Shown here piece after piece: positions 14,903 to 25,454 of a stretch of 64,000 nt of DNA. Each line of letters opens with the position of its first letter. Position 1 is the first letter of the stretch. The position numbers were made by a program, and so were the translations under genes. The notes below the pieces were generated by a model. That model was not told the DNA's origin. It was given only the letters and a program-made list of their open reading frames with translations, and did not search any database. The DNA is from a virus (Duplodnaviria; Caudoviricetes), in the IMG/VR virus record IMGVR_UViG_3300019889_000166, positions 1,533 through 65,532 of that record; one strand, given 5' to 3'.

Positions 14903-17440
14903 TTAGATGGGTCCGACGTAATCGATGGAGACGACGGTGTAGGTGCCGTCGGAGGCGCCCAGCACGTTGAGCGAGGCGGTCGAGTTCTGAAAGGCTGCGA
15001 CGGCGAGGGTGCCACCGGCTGCGAGGACGTAGGTGTCGTCGGCCGACACTGGGGTAGCGAGCACTCCGCCCGCTATGGCCGGTACGAGTTTTGCGAGCCT
15101 CTGCGTGCCGCCCTCGACCAGCCGACAGCCCCGCACTCCCGTCCCGTTCGTCTGGTACGACAGGGTGGCGGAGATCCTGTAGCGGCCTGCGATGGAGACG
15201 GTGAAGACGCCTGCCGAGTAGGTGATGCCGCTGGAGGAGAGGACCGTCCAGTTCGTGACGGTCAGGTAGGTTCCGACGCTTGAGGCGAGAGGCGCCCCGG
15301 CATTGAAGCGGGCGTATGCATACGGCTGCGGCAGTGTCTGCGTGACCCGGGTGGCCAGGATCGACCCGTCGCCGGATGCGACCAGGGTCCCCGCGCTGTT
15401 CTTGAAGAGCGCGGGGGTCGCGGACACCGGGTAGTTGGTGGCCGCTGGCGGGTTCGTTCCTGCGGTGGTCAGCGTGGTGAACGTCTGCGCCTGTGGGCCG
15501 TAGCCGGCGCCGAACGGAATTGACTGCAGCCACATCGACGTCCGCGCCGGAAGCGTGGCTCCCCTGCCGACGAAGACCCGGACCGCGTTCGGGTCGTCCG
15601 CCCCACCGACCGGGATAGCGGGTGTGGTGACGGTGTAGCGGGCGCGTTTCTTCATCGTGAAGTTCGCGGCCGGACCCGCCGCCGACTCGTGGTTACCGCC
15701 GGTCGCGTTGGAGTCGTACCAGGTGTACGGCACCCACCAGTTCCCGTCGGCGGTGGCGGTCCACGTCATGGCGGTGTGCTTGTAGATGGTGGAGACGCCG
15801 GGGAAGATCTTCGACACGAAGAAGTTGCTGCCGTCCCAGGCGAGGCCGGTGGTCATCCCGGACGCGGCAGGGAATGACTCGGTGCCCTGGTACGAGTAGG
15901 ACGTTGCGGGGTTGAAGATCCAGACGTTGCCGTTGTTCCGCGACGTGAGCGCCATGCGCTCGGAGCCGTAGTCGAAGCTGCCGAACGCAAGCCCGCCGAC
16001 CGGACCCGTGAAGCCTGAAACGCTGGCCGTGAAGTTAGTCGAGGTGACCGCGCAGGTCGTCGGGTCTCGGTGCTGAATCCGGAACTGCGGGGTCGAGGTC
16101 GTGTCGAACTCCGCGATGACGATGGCGCCCGTCGATGCGCGGTAGCCGATCCCCATCTTGGAGATGTTGTACTGCGCGTAGTACCAGCCGTCCGCAGTGC
16201 CGTCGATCGGGGTGTACTGCGACCCGTTCTGGAGGATGCCGCTCGTGTCGTAGCGGAGCAGGTACCAGTTGAAGTCGATCTGCGACTGGCCGAGCACGTA
16301 CCAGTTGGTGCCGTTCCAGGCGAGGCCGCCGCCGGGGATGTACCCGTCGCCGCCGGTGAGGAGGATCCTGTCCACCTCTGCGCCCGTGGTCGAGTGGTAC
16401 GACACGAGGCACGCGGCGCCGATGCCGCCCCACTCGGCGGTCCACCACTTCGAGTCCTTCCACACCAGGCCCATGCCGTGCTGCGCGTCCGGGAGTGCGA
16501 GGCTCTCCCAGTCGATCACCACCGACGGGGCCTGCTGCGGATCCGTGACACCGGACGCGAGGGTGAAGACCCCGCCACGCTCGACCGTGCTCACCGATCC
16601 CGGCGCGAAACTCACGCCGCCCGTGAAGGTCGCGGCCTGCGCCTCGATCATGCCCTTGAACTGGTCAGGGAGCGCCGGGTCCGTCGGCAGTACCGTGCGG
16701 GGCATGCCGTTCGGGGCGTAGGTCGCGAGCCCGAACGGCCCGAGGTCGACGCCCGAGCCGACCCCGCCGGTCCGGGTGCTGATGATCGACGACAGGGTCA
16801 TGTTGGCGGTCAGGTTGCCGGTGGTGAGCTTCCCGACGTCGAGGTTCCCGATCTTCGCGTTGTCGACTGCGAGGTCTGCGATCTTCGCGTTGCTGATCGC
16901 GAGGTCGAGGATCGCGCTGGTCCCGAGCTCGGATGGGACCCAGTCGGCTCCGTCGTGGACGTAGATCTTGTTGTCGTCGTCGGAGTCGAACCAGGTGTCA
17001 CCCGATGCCCCGACAGAGGGCTCGGTGGCCTGGCGGTAGATCACGTTCTTGCCGTCGGCCGAGGTCTGGGCTGCTTCGGCTGCGGCCTGAGCTGCGGCAG
17101 CGACCACCTCAGCCAGGGCGGCTGCATCGGCAGCAGCGGCGGCATCCAGTGCGGCCTGCGCGGCGGCGGCGTCAGCAGCAGCAGCGTCGGTCGCGGCCTG
17201 GTCAGCGGTCCCCTGCGCGGTGGCGATCGTCTCGTCGCGGATCGGAACCCACGACGTGCCGTTGAAGTAGTGCGGCGCGTTCCCGTCAGCAGGGTTGATC
17301 CACGTCGAGTTCCGTACCGCCTCGGTGGGTTCGGTCGAGGTGAGGAACGTCGCCGCCTGCAACTGGAGCCGTAGCCGCTTGACCTGCTTCTCGATCTCCT
17401 TGCGCCACGCGGCGAGCGACGACTCACGGGGTACCGACAT
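14903..17440 (-). CDS. tail fibre / receptor-binding minor tail protein
   Basis: ATG 17440; Ala-rich coil, GDTWFDSDDDNKIY, ISNAKIADLAVDNAKI repeats, beta-propeller-like GLAWDG repeats, C1q-like C-terminus. Confidence 0.85.
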   Translation of the reverse strand: MSVPRESSLAAWRKEIEKQVKRLRLQLQAATFLTSTEPTEAVRNSTWINPADGNAPHYFNGTSWVPIRDETIATAQGTADQAATDAAAADAAAAQAALDAAAAADAAALAEVVAAAAQAAAEAAQTSADGKNVIYRQATEPSVGASGDTWFDSDDDNKIYVHDGADWVPSELGTSAILDLAISNAKIADLAVDNAKIGNLDVGKLTTGNLTANMTLSSIISTRTGGVGSGVDLGPFGLATYAPNGMPRTVLPTDPALPDQFKGMIEAQAATFTGGVSFAPGSVSTVERGGVFTLASGVTDPQQAPSVVIDWESLALPDAQHGMGLVWKDSKWWTAEWGGIGAACLVSYHSTTGAEVDRILLTGGDGYIPGGGLAWNGTNWYVLGQSQIDFNWYLLRYDTSGILQNGSQYTPIDGTADGWYYAQYNISKMGIGYRASTGAIVIAEFDTTSTPQFRIQHRDPTTCAVTSTNFTASVSGFTGPVGGLAFGSFDYGSERMALTSRNNGNVWIFNPATSYSYQGTESFPAASGMTTGLAWDGSNFFVSKIFPGVSTIYKHTAMTWTATADGNWWVPYTWYDSNATGGNHESAAGPAANFTMKKRARYTVTTPAIPVGGADDPNAVRVFVGRGATLPARTSMWLQSIPFGAGYGPQAQTFTTLTTAGTNPPAATNYPVSATPALFKNSAGTLVASGDGSILATRVTQTLPQPYAYARFNAGAPLASSVGTYLTVTNWTVLSSSGITYSAGVFTVSIAGRYRISATLSYQTNGTGVRGCRLVEGGTQRLAKLVPAIAGGVLATPVSADDTYVLAAGGTLAVAAFQNSTASLNVLGASDGTYTVVSIDYVGPI

Positions 17441-18576
17441 CAGCTCGCCTCCTCGTACGGGTTCCACAGGACAGGGGTGTACGTGTCGGCGCCGGGGTCG
17501 AGCGCCCCGCCGATGACGCGGATCGTTTCCTGGTGGCCGGCGGGGTGCCTGAACGAGGGCGGGGTGTCGCCGGGGTTCTTGGGGCCATAGACGAAGAACG
17601 TGATGTTGTCGCCGAGGTTGAAGTCGCGGAGGTACTGCGGGCCGAGGGTGAGGTCGACGGCCATGTCGACGGTGGACTGGCCGCGCGCGCGTCGCTGGAG
17701 GGCGGTGCGGGCGATGCCGGTGAGTCCGGTGGGGCCGAGTTCGCCGGTCTTCTCGACGGTGTCTTCCCACCGTGGCCAGCCCTGCGCCAACGCTTCCTCA
17801 TCCCGGACAGGGGCGGACGAGGCTTCACCTTCGACGCCGATGATGTGGTTGCCCCCGTGGCCTTCGGTGTAGTCGTCGTGCACCGTGTACTCCCGGATGC
17901 TGCCGGGGAAGTCGAAGCGGGCGTTCGGGACACCGGCCCAGCCGAGGCGGATGCGGGCGTAGAACACGAACTCGATCGACAGCCGGTCCGCGTCGGTCCA
18001 CCTGGTGATGACGGTGAACTCGGGGCCGTTCTCCATGTCGGAGAGGTCTTTCAGGCAGTCGAGGACCGGCTTGTGCTCGGGCGCGAGGTACCGGATCGTG
18101 CGGGGAGTGGGGCAGTCGACGTCGAGGATCAGGCCGATGCCTTCGGGTGCGGCGTCGGCGAGGAGGTCGGCGATGATCAGCTCGTCGGTGTCGCCCGGGA
18201 CTTCTTCGCTGTACGTGTGGGTGCCTGCGTGGCGGCGGCCGTAGTACGCCATGGGGGTGGCGCAGTTGAGCGTCGCCTCGGGCTTGGTGCCTGCGTCGCG
18301 GTTGGTGATGATCCCTGACCACAGGATGTCGCTGGTGTTGTCGCCGTCGTACTCGCGTTCGCAGATGATGACGGTCTTGCCGGGAGTGGTGAACCCGATG
18401 AAGTCCCCGCCCGCCTGGGGTGCGGCCTGGTCGCAGGTAAACACGACTGTCGAGACATCGCTGATCCGTTCCGGCAGCGCGCCCTGCGGCTTGAGCGGCA
18501 GCTCGCAGAGCTTGACGCCGGTCCGCAGGTCGCACGCCCAGTACCGGTAGGTGACGCCCGGCCGTGGCGGCAGCAT
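17440..18576 (-). CDS. minor tail (baseplate hub-like) protein
   Basis: Position after Dit; ILWSGII, LGDNI motifs. Confidence 0.8.
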   Translation of the reverse strand: MLPPRPGVTYRYWACDLRTGVKLCELPLKPQGALPERISDVSTVVFTCDQAAPQAGGDFIGFTTPGKTVIICEREYDGDNTSDILWSGIITNRDAGTKPEATLNCATPMAYYGRRHAGTHTYSEEVPGDTDELIIADLLADAAPEGIGLILDVDCPTPRTIRYLAPEHKPVLDCLKDLSDMENGPEFTVITRWTDADRLSIEFVFYARIRLGWAGVPNARFDFPGSIREYTVHDDYTEGHGGNHIIGVEGEASSAPVRDEEALAQGWPRWEDTVEKTGELGPTGLTGIARTALQRRARGQSTVDMAVDLTLGPQYLRDFNLGDNITFFVYGPKNPGDTPPSFRHPAGHQETIRVIGGALDPGADTYTPVLWNPYEEAS

Positions 18577-19619
18577 CAGGTCTGCGTCTTCTGGTAGGAG
18601 CCGTCGAGGATGATCACGTCACCCGCAGCCCACACCACCGTGTCGAATCCGAGGCGCGCGGAGTCGAGGGCCCGCCACGCGCCGATGGCCTGCGTGTTGA
18701 TCGTGGACCAGACGAGAGCCACACGGGCTGCGGACGCCGCGGCCCGGTAGTAGTAGCCGGTGCCGGAGTCGGAGTCGAACGTGGAGGCGTCCATGCCTGC
18801 GGGCAGCGACCACGTGTAGGCGCCGTCACCGACGGAGGTGCCGGAGGTGCCACGCTTGATGCGGATCTTGAAGTCGACCATGTCACCGTGGTCCCGGTAC
18901 AGCGCGGTCTTCTCCGCGCCGCCGCCGGTGCCGTGGGCAACGGACCCGCCGGGTGCGCGCCAGTCGGTGGTCCACGCGATCCACGGCGCGCCGAGCAGGT
19001 TCCGCCACGAGCCTTGGTCGTAGATCTCGCGGACCCCGGTGGACCGGTTGTAGATCTCCAGCCCGGGGCCCGGGTTCGACGGGCGCGACGCGACGGACAG
19101 GACCCCGCCCGCTCCGGCGTACCCGATGTTGGTGCTGGCCATGGTCCAGACGGGGTTGCCGCCGCCGGATGCGGGGACGGCGAAGGTGCCGAGCCGGATC
19201 CCGACGCCGGTGAAGGTCGGCGCGACCGGTGAGGCATTGGCGGTGCCTGCGGTGTAGACGATGTCCATGCCGCGCAGCCCGGACGCGTCGGCCTCGTGGT
19301 CATAGACCTTGATGTCGATCGCGTCGACCCGGGGCAGGGTGGCGTGCGCGGCCGAGATCGTCTTGGACAGTTCGGCCGAGCCGGCTGGGAAGACGCCACG
19401 GTAGGCGCCGAGCCCGGCGGTGGTCTGCACGACCGCTGTCACGGGGGTGATGGTGGCGGCGAAGCTGACGTTGGAGACGACGCCGCCCCTGACGCCCGGG
19501 TAGACGAGGCCGGTGGAGTCGCGGGTGTACAGCCCGCCGTCGATCTGGCGCCACTCGGCCGCGGTGAGCTCGGGAGCCCCGGAACCGGCGTCGTACGTGA
19601 TCGCGATGATGTCGCGCAT
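18576..19619 (-). CDS. minor tail protein
   Basis: AAHATLPRVDAI motif; position. Confidence 0.8.
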   Translation of the reverse strand: MRDIIAITYDAGSGAPELTAAEWRQIDGGLYTRDSTGLVYPGVRGGVVSNVSFAATITPVTAVVQTTAGLGAYRGVFPAGSAELSKTISAAHATLPRVDAIDIKVYDHEADASGLRGMDIVYTAGTANASPVAPTFTGVGIRLGTFAVPASGGGNPVWTMASTNIGYAGAGGVLSVASRPSNPGPGLEIYNRSTGVREIYDQGSWRNLLGAPWIAWTTDWRAPGGSVAHGTGGGAEKTALYRDHGDMVDFKIRIKRGTSGTSVGDGAYTWSLPAGMDASTFDSDSGTGYYYRAAASAARVALVWSTINTQAIGAWRALDSARLGFDTVVWAAGDVIILDGSYQKTQT

Positions 19620-19629
19620 CGGTTCTCCC

Positions 19630-20478
19630 CTACTGGTACGAGTCGCTCCACGCGAGGAGCGCGGTGCCGGTGCCTGAGGCGGCGCGGAAGGCGATGGTGT
19701 TGCTGCCGGGCTCGATGCCCCACGGGCCGCCGCCGCCGGTGGAGACCTTCCCGGCCCGCAGCGCCGTGCCCTGCAGCAGAGCGAGCAGCGGAGCGGCGAG
19801 GTAGATGTCGACGAACTCGCCGGTGAGCAGGGTGTCGTTGTAGGTGACCCACTGCCCGGTGCGGGTGTTCAGGACGGTCGGGTTGACCAGCGGCCCGGTC
19901 AGCGTCACCACGGTCGGAGCGGTCTCGTTGCCCGCGTTGTACGCGTCCCCGTCGCCGGTGACGGTGGAGCCGGTGAAGCGGACCGGGAAGCGGACCGGGA
20001 ACCGGAGGCCGCCTGTCACCGAGGGCAGCGCCAGCGGCAGGGTCCTCGCGACGCCGTACCGCAACGGGTCCGGGCAGGTCAGTTCGGCCTGCCAGGTGAC
20101 CTTGTTGTCGATGTCGTCGGCCCGGTCGACCTTCCCCGAGCGTTGCGCCGTGACCCGCAGAGGGATGCCGTCGACCACGGTCAGCGAGAACAGGTCCAGC
20201 CCCAGCGCGGCCTGCAACCGGTGCTCGGCCTGCTGACGGAGCAGGATCGTCGGAGCCTCGATCCGGCCCGTCATCGTCAGCGTCCGGGCGAGGAGCTTCG
20301 GGTTCGGCGCCGGCGACTCGCCGTGCGCGCCGACCCGCTGCTGCCCGCCGCCTGTCGACCCGGGCGACCCCCAGCCGTCGAGGGTCGCCAGGGTGATCAG
20401 GACCCCGTCACTGTCCCGGGGTCCGTTGAGGGTGATGCCGCCGGGCAGGATGATCTCGGTCTCCTCGGGGAACGGCAT
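19630..20478 (-). CDS. distal tail (Dit-like) protein
   Basis: Directly after tape measure; LTCPDPLRYG, NAGN, IEPGSN motifs. Confidence 0.85.
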   Translation of the reverse strand: MPFPEETEIILPGGITLNGPRDSDGVLITLATLDGWGSPGSTGGGQQRVGAHGESPAPNPKLLARTLTMTGRIEAPTILLRQQAEHRLQAALGLDLFSLTVVDGIPLRVTAQRSGKVDRADDIDNKVTWQAELTCPDPLRYGVARTLPLALPSVTGGLRFPVRFPVRFTGSTVTGDGDAYNAGNETAPTVVTLTGPLVNPTVLNTRTGQWVTYNDTLLTGEFVDIYLAAPLLALLQGTALRAGKVSTGGGGPWGIEPGSNTIAFRAASGTGTALLAWSDSYQ

Positions 20479-23400
20479 CAGTACCCCTTCGCCATCAGTT
20501 CGGCCTTCGCGTTGGCACGCTGGGCGATGAGGTCGGCCTCGGCCATCGAGACCCCGTAGAACTTGTTCTCCTGGTAGTGGCGGTGCTCGTGGATGACGGT
20601 GGTCATGCCGCCTGCACCGCGACCGCCGCCGCCGACGTACTGGTTCGGCTGGACCCAGCCGCCCTGCTGGCCCATGCGGAGGATCTCGGGGCCGTTCTCG
20701 CCGACGAGGTACGCCTTCTCGGGTGCGGTCGGGCCGCCCTTGCCGCGTGCCCCTGCGATCGCCTGCCCGTACTGGGCGTTCGCGGACCCGGCGCCGATCT
20801 TGTTGGCCTGGTCGTCGAGCGCCTTCTGCGCCTTGTTCAACGCCGCGACAAGCCCAGCGCCGCCGTTCAGGATCGCCGTGGCGAGGTCCCCGCCCTGGTC
20901 CGCGCCCTTCCCGACGATCTGCGAGATGAGTTCCTCGGACAGGCCGAGCTTGCGGAGCTTGTCGACCTGCGCCGCGAACGCCTTCATCGCGGCACCTTGG
21001 GCCTGCAGATCCTGCAGCAGGCCCTTGCCGGTGAGGGACTTGGCGAACAGGTCACCGATGTTCGCGCTCGACGTGAGAGCGGTCGCGATCTGGTTGGCCA
21101 TCTCGACAGCGGCCTTCTGCTGCTCGATGAGCTTCTGGATCGCCTCGGCGTGAGCCTCGGTCGCCTTCTTCGCCGCGTCGGCCTTCAGGTTGTATGCCGC
21201 GTCGGCCTTGTTGGAGGCGTTCGTTGCGGCGGTCAGCTTCTTCTTCCCGACGTACAGCTTGTCCTGCAGCTTGATCAGTTCCTGCTGCTCTTTCCGGATC
21301 TTGGCGTCCTGCGCGGCGTTCTCCTTGGCGCGGACCTTCGGGTCTTTCGCCTTGGAGTCCTGGCCGCGCAGCAGGGTTATGTAGCGCTGCTGGAGGGTGA
21401 TCTCCCGCGCGATCTTGTCGTTCGCGGCCTTCTGCGCGGTCTCTGCCCGGGATGCGATGTTGGCGGCGTTCTTCGCGGGCGCGACCGCGGCCTGTGCCTT
21501 CTTCTGAGCGGCGAGCGTTGACCCGTAGTTCACCCCGGCAGACGGGTTGAACGGGATCAGGAGCTGCTTCAGGATGAGCGCGATGTCGGTGAGCCGGCCA
21601 CCGGGTAGGTTCAGCCCGCCGTCGGCGAACGACTTCACCAGGCCGAGGCCGAACGACCCCGCGACCTGGCCGAGGATCTTCTCCGACCGATCCCGCTTGC
21701 TGGGTGCGAGCGGGATGAACGCCTCTCCCCCGGTCTCCTTCTCGGCCCACTGGACGAGGCCGCCGCCCTTGCCAGGCTGGACCATCGCCTGCTTGGGGAG
21801 CTTCCCGTCCGCGTAGGAGGGGATGCCGTGCGGGTAGTAGCCACCGTTGGCGTTCGGGGTGACGGCGTGCCCGCCCTGGTCGGTGGTCTGGTTCCGGGTG
21901 ATCCGCTCGGTGATGAACCGGGAGGTGATCGTGACCGTCTTGGAGGTCGGCACGCTCGCCAGTGCAGCCTTGGCGGCGGCGATACCGGCCTCGAGCTTCT
22001 TGATGTCGGCCTCGAGCTTGGCGCGCCGCGACTTGGTCAGGTTCGGGTCAGCGAGTTCCCTCTTGGCCGCGGCGAGCTTGGTTTCGAGATCCTTCTTGTT
22101 CGCGGTCAGCTTCGCCTCACGCGACACGTTCGGGATGTTGATCATCGCCGCGGCCATAGCCTTGGCTTCCGGGACCGTGTAACCCATCTGCGTTGCGAGC
22201 TTGATGAACTGGGCCCGCGACTTCTCGGCGGTTACCGCAACGGAGACGTTCGACTTCCCGGCGTCATCCATTGCGATGGTCTGCTTGTTGGCGGCCTCGG
22301 CGACCTGCAGTAGCGCCGTCTTGTTGTTGCGGCCCTTCTCGGTGTTGATGTCGTGGGTGCGCCCGTTGTCCTTGATCGACGCGGACACGTTGTCAATGGC
22401 AGCCTGGTAGGCGATCGCCGCGTTGGCATTGCCGAGGGCAGCGGTGGTCCACTGCCCCATCGCTTCGATCGCCGCGGAGAACTGGTTCTTCTGCCGCGAC
22501 AGGGCGTCGGTGACCATCTGCAGCGGCGGCGCTGCATGCTGGGCGGCCGCGGCCAGTCCGCCGTTGGCCTGCGCCAACTCGACGGTCTTGTTCGCCGCGT
22601 CACTCATCGACTTGCCTGCGGTGTCGGAATCCTTACCGGTGATCCCGAAGAGTGCGTTGACGCCAGCGAGCGCGGCACTGAGGAACGTGAACGGTGCCTC
22701 GAGGGTGTAGATGATCGACTCGATGCCCTTCAACGCGACCGTGACGAGCGACACGCCGCCGGTCAGGTCAGAGAAGGACGAGTTGACGTTGCTCAGCGTG
22801 GTGATGAGACCGAGCGTCGTCGCGGTGATCGAGCCAAGCCCGGTGATCAGGTCCGCCATCGCGGTCGGGTTCGCCGAGATGGACTGCGACAGGGTGATCA
22901 GCGCCTCGGAGATCGAGCCGATCGCGGTCTGCAACGCCGGGCCCATCCCGGCGAGGACGGCGTTGAACGCGTCAGTGATCGGGCCGATCGCGGGGATCAG
23001 CTTCTCCAGCGCCTGCATCGCCTGGTTCACGAACGTGTCGATCGGGCCAGCCATGCTCATGAACGCCGCCGACAATGCCGGGCTGAACCGGTTGACGGTC
23101 CGCTCGAAGTACCCGGCGATGTTGTTCAGCGTGCCCTCGAACGGTGCGCTGAGGAGCAGCATGTCGCCGCCGAGATTGGTCATCGTCTTGGACCACACGT
23201 GGCTGACGCGCCGACTCTGCGCCGCGAACATGATCCCCAGCCCAGCGAGCCCCGCGCCGATACCGGCGACCAGCGCGCCGCCAGCGACAGCGCCCGCAGC
23301 CGGGGCCGCCACAGCGACAGCACTGAGGAGAGTGGTGAGCAGGATCGGGCCGAGGACCGGGGTCTTCAGCGCACCCATCAGCGCACCCAGGATCCCGCGG

Positions 23401-24011
23401 CCGCCGCTCCTGCCGGACTCCTGGAAGATAGCCTCGCCGGATCCGGTGAGCCACTTCTTGAACCCGGCACCGAACGACTTGCCGGAATCGTTGCCCACCT
23501 TCTCGAACTTGTTCACGGCGCGCTGCGCCGACGCGACAGACTCCTCCGCGCCGGCGAGCCCGGAAGCCGACGGCTTGGAGCTGGCCTGGACCTCGGCCAG
23601 TCGCAGTTGGGCAGTCCTCAGCCGACCGACAGCGTTCGCGTGAGCGTCGATGTCCTTCGCTGCGATCTTCGCCGTCTTGGACATGTCCGCAGTGGACTTG
23701 TCGGCCTTGCTGGTCGAGGTGGCAACCTCGTCGATGCTCCTGCTGGCCTTCGATGCCGACGTGCCAACCTTGCTGTTGGCCGCTTGCGCGACGGCCCCGA
23801 ACTTCGTGATCTTGGCGCTGGCCGAGGCAGCCTTCGAACCGATCATCTCGACATTGCTGCCGACATCTGCGGTGGTCTGCTTCAGGCGGTAGTTCGCCTT
23901 CGACGCCGCGACCTCGAGCCGCTTGACGGCAGCCGGGGCCTTCACCCCGATGTCGGTGACGAAGTCGGAGATGTCGGCTTCGAGCCTGACCTTGACGGTG
24001 CGATCGGTCAT
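20478..24011 (-). CDS. tape measure protein
   Basis: 1177 aa Ala-rich; DRTVKVRLEA start, WAEKETGGEAFIPL, YLVGENGPE. Confidence 0.92.
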   Translation of the reverse strand: MTDRTVKVRLEADISDFVTDIGVKAPAAVKRLEVAASKANYRLKQTTADVGSNVEMIGSKAASASAKITKFGAVAQAANSKVGTSASKASRSIDEVATSTSKADKSTADMSKTAKIAAKDIDAHANAVGRLRTAQLRLAEVQASSKPSASGLAGAEESVASAQRAVNKFEKVGNDSGKSFGAGFKKWLTGSGEAIFQESGRSGGRGILGALMGALKTPVLGPILLTTLLSAVAVAAPAAGAVAGGALVAGIGAGLAGLGIMFAAQSRRVSHVWSKTMTNLGGDMLLLSAPFEGTLNNIAGYFERTVNRFSPALSAAFMSMAGPIDTFVNQAMQALEKLIPAIGPITDAFNAVLAGMGPALQTAIGSISEALITLSQSISANPTAMADLITGLGSITATTLGLITTLSNVNSSFSDLTGGVSLVTVALKGIESIIYTLEAPFTFLSAALAGVNALFGITGKDSDTAGKSMSDAANKTVELAQANGGLAAAAQHAAPPLQMVTDALSRQKNQFSAAIEAMGQWTTAALGNANAAIAYQAAIDNVSASIKDNGRTHDINTEKGRNNKTALLQVAEAANKQTIAMDDAGKSNVSVAVTAEKSRAQFIKLATQMGYTVPEAKAMAAAMINIPNVSREAKLTANKKDLETKLAAAKRELADPNLTKSRRAKLEADIKKLEAGIAAAKAALASVPTSKTVTITSRFITERITRNQTTDQGGHAVTPNANGGYYPHGIPSYADGKLPKQAMVQPGKGGGLVQWAEKETGGEAFIPLAPSKRDRSEKILGQVAGSFGLGLVKSFADGGLNLPGGRLTDIALILKQLLIPFNPSAGVNYGSTLAAQKKAQAAVAPAKNAANIASRAETAQKAANDKIAREITLQQRYITLLRGQDSKAKDPKVRAKENAAQDAKIRKEQQELIKLQDKLYVGKKKLTAATNASNKADAAYNLKADAAKKATEAHAEAIQKLIEQQKAAVEMANQIATALTSSANIGDLFAKSLTGKGLLQDLQAQGAAMKAFAAQVDKLRKLGLSEELISQIVGKGADQGGDLATAILNGGAGLVAALNKAQKALDDQANKIGAGSANAQYGQAIAGARGKGGPTAPEKAYLVGENGPEILRMGQQGGWVQPNQYVGGGGRGAGGMTTVIHEHRHYQENKFYGVSMAEADLIAQRANAKAELMAKGY

Positions 24012-24030
24012 GGGTCACCGCCTTCCGGGC

Positions 24031-24467
24031 TCAGGGGTTTAGTACTGCGGTGGCGCGCCACAACTTGCCCGCGGGCGCTGCCCGCTTCTCTGCCTCGGCC
24101 TTCGACAGGCCGTCGTTCTTCATCGCCTGGGTGTACGCGAGGGTTTCGCAGCGGTTGCATTCGTCGAAGGTGACGTGCCATGACACGTGCTCGGTGTCGG
24201 TCGTCTGGTCCAGCGGGCCGCCGCAACCGGGGCACTCGTTCGCTTTCACCTGCGCCAGAGCGGTCACGTGATCCCGGTCCCGGTCAGTGAACTCGGGTTC
24301 GCGGGTGACGATCGTCCAGCCGGTCAGTTCCCCATCGGCATCGAAGTGGTCGTGCCGTTCGGCGGGGACTCGGCCCAGGTAGCGGGAGAGGGGTACGCCG
24401 TGGGTTATCGCCGCTTCGAGCTGCTGCCGCTTCGCTGGCGATTCTGCGATTTGGCGTCGGAGAAAGA
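24031..24467 (-). CDS. tail assembly chaperone gpGT extension (-1 frame)
   Basis: -1 frame open from the TCT TTC site: FLRRQIAESPAKRQQLEAA...REPEFTDRDR...CPGCG...CNRC. Confidence 0.75.
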
Positions 24468-25016
24468 CGAGCTGCGGTTGTTCACCTCGAACGAGACCTT
24501 GCAGGCGACGTTCCGCTCCCCACTTGACATGGTGGCGATGACGTCACTGACATTCATGTCGACGATGTTGCCGTCGGCATCCTTGACCCTCCCTGACGCC
24601 GACTTGGCCATCAGTGCGTCGGGGAAGGTGTCGCGGTTGTAGTCACTCAGCGCGTCCATCTCGTTGCCTTCGCGCGGCGGGTGCTCCGTCAGCAGCTCGT
24701 CGTACTCGTCTGCCTTCATCGCGGCGAAGGTGATGATCACCGAAGCGGCGTCGACCAGCGCCTCGGCGTCAGCGACTGCCTTCTCGGCTGCCTTGACGCG
24801 CTTGTCCATCTCGGGGTCGGTGCTGACCTTGCCGCCGGCTCGCGTCTCGGTGGTGGCTGCTGCGGTCTCTTTGGCGACGGCGAGTTCGGCTGCGGCGTCT
24901 TCGAGGTCCATCGACAGTTCGGTGTCGAGACAGATCGCCATGGGGCGGAACGCGCGGCCCTTGGTGGAGGTCTTGCGGTCCTGCAGCAAAGCCTGCAGTG
25001 CACTGTGATCGGGCAT
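24405..25016 (-). CDS. tail assembly chaperone gpG
   Basis: YDELLTEHPPR motif; between major tail and tape measure. Confidence 0.85.
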   Translation of the reverse strand: MPDHSALQALLQDRKTSTKGRAFRPMAICLDTELSMDLEDAAAELAVAKETAAATTETRAGGKVSTDPEMDKRVKAAEKAVADAEALVDAASVIITFAAMKADEYDELLTEHPPREGNEMDALSDYNRDTFPDALMAKSASGRVKDADGNIVDMNVSDVIATMSSGERNVACKVSFEVNNRSSSFSDAKSQNRQRSGSSSKRR

Positions 25017-25063
25017 GGGGGTACTCCTGGGCTCGGGTAGAACGGGGCTCGGGGTGGGGCAGG

Positions 25064-25408
25064 TCAGGCGATCGCGGCGCGCAACTCGTCCGGCATCGGC
25101 ACCGTGATGAGGGTCCGGGCGGGTCGGACCGCCTTGGCGTACTCGTCGTCAGAGGACCACTCCTCGCCGTCCTGAAGGACGTAGGAGCGGCGACTCATCC
25201 CGATCGGGGACTCAGCGTCGGGGTTCTCATCAGGGCCCGGTACGACTACCCAGTAGTCCGCGACATCGCCAGTGATGACGAACGGACGGTCGGCGGGTAC
25301 GGCGTTCGGATTGACGCCGTTGCTGCGCAGCCAGGCGAGCGTCGCCTCGAAGGTGGTCTGATCGAGGCGTTCATGGATGTCGCCGGGGATGGAGATGGGC
25401 TCGGACAC
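25064..25408 (-). CDS. hypothetical protein inserted between major tail and chaperone
   Basis: AGGAG then GTG 25408; similar to 41494..41889. Confidence 0.75.
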   Translation of the reverse strand: MSEPISIPGDIHERLDQTTFEATLAWLRSNGVNPNAVPADRPFVITGDVADYWVVVPGPDENPDAESPIGMSRRSYVLQDGEEWSSDDEYAKAVRPARTLITVPMPDELRAAIA

Positions 25409-25454
25409 GGTGGCGCTCCTGGGGCTCGGTGGGCTCGGGGGTGGCGCAAGGAAA

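Noticed and set aside
14903-17440. Diversity-generating retroelement or invertible tail-fibre cassette
   Set aside because: No reverse transcriptase, template repeat, serine invertase or duplicated fibre end seen
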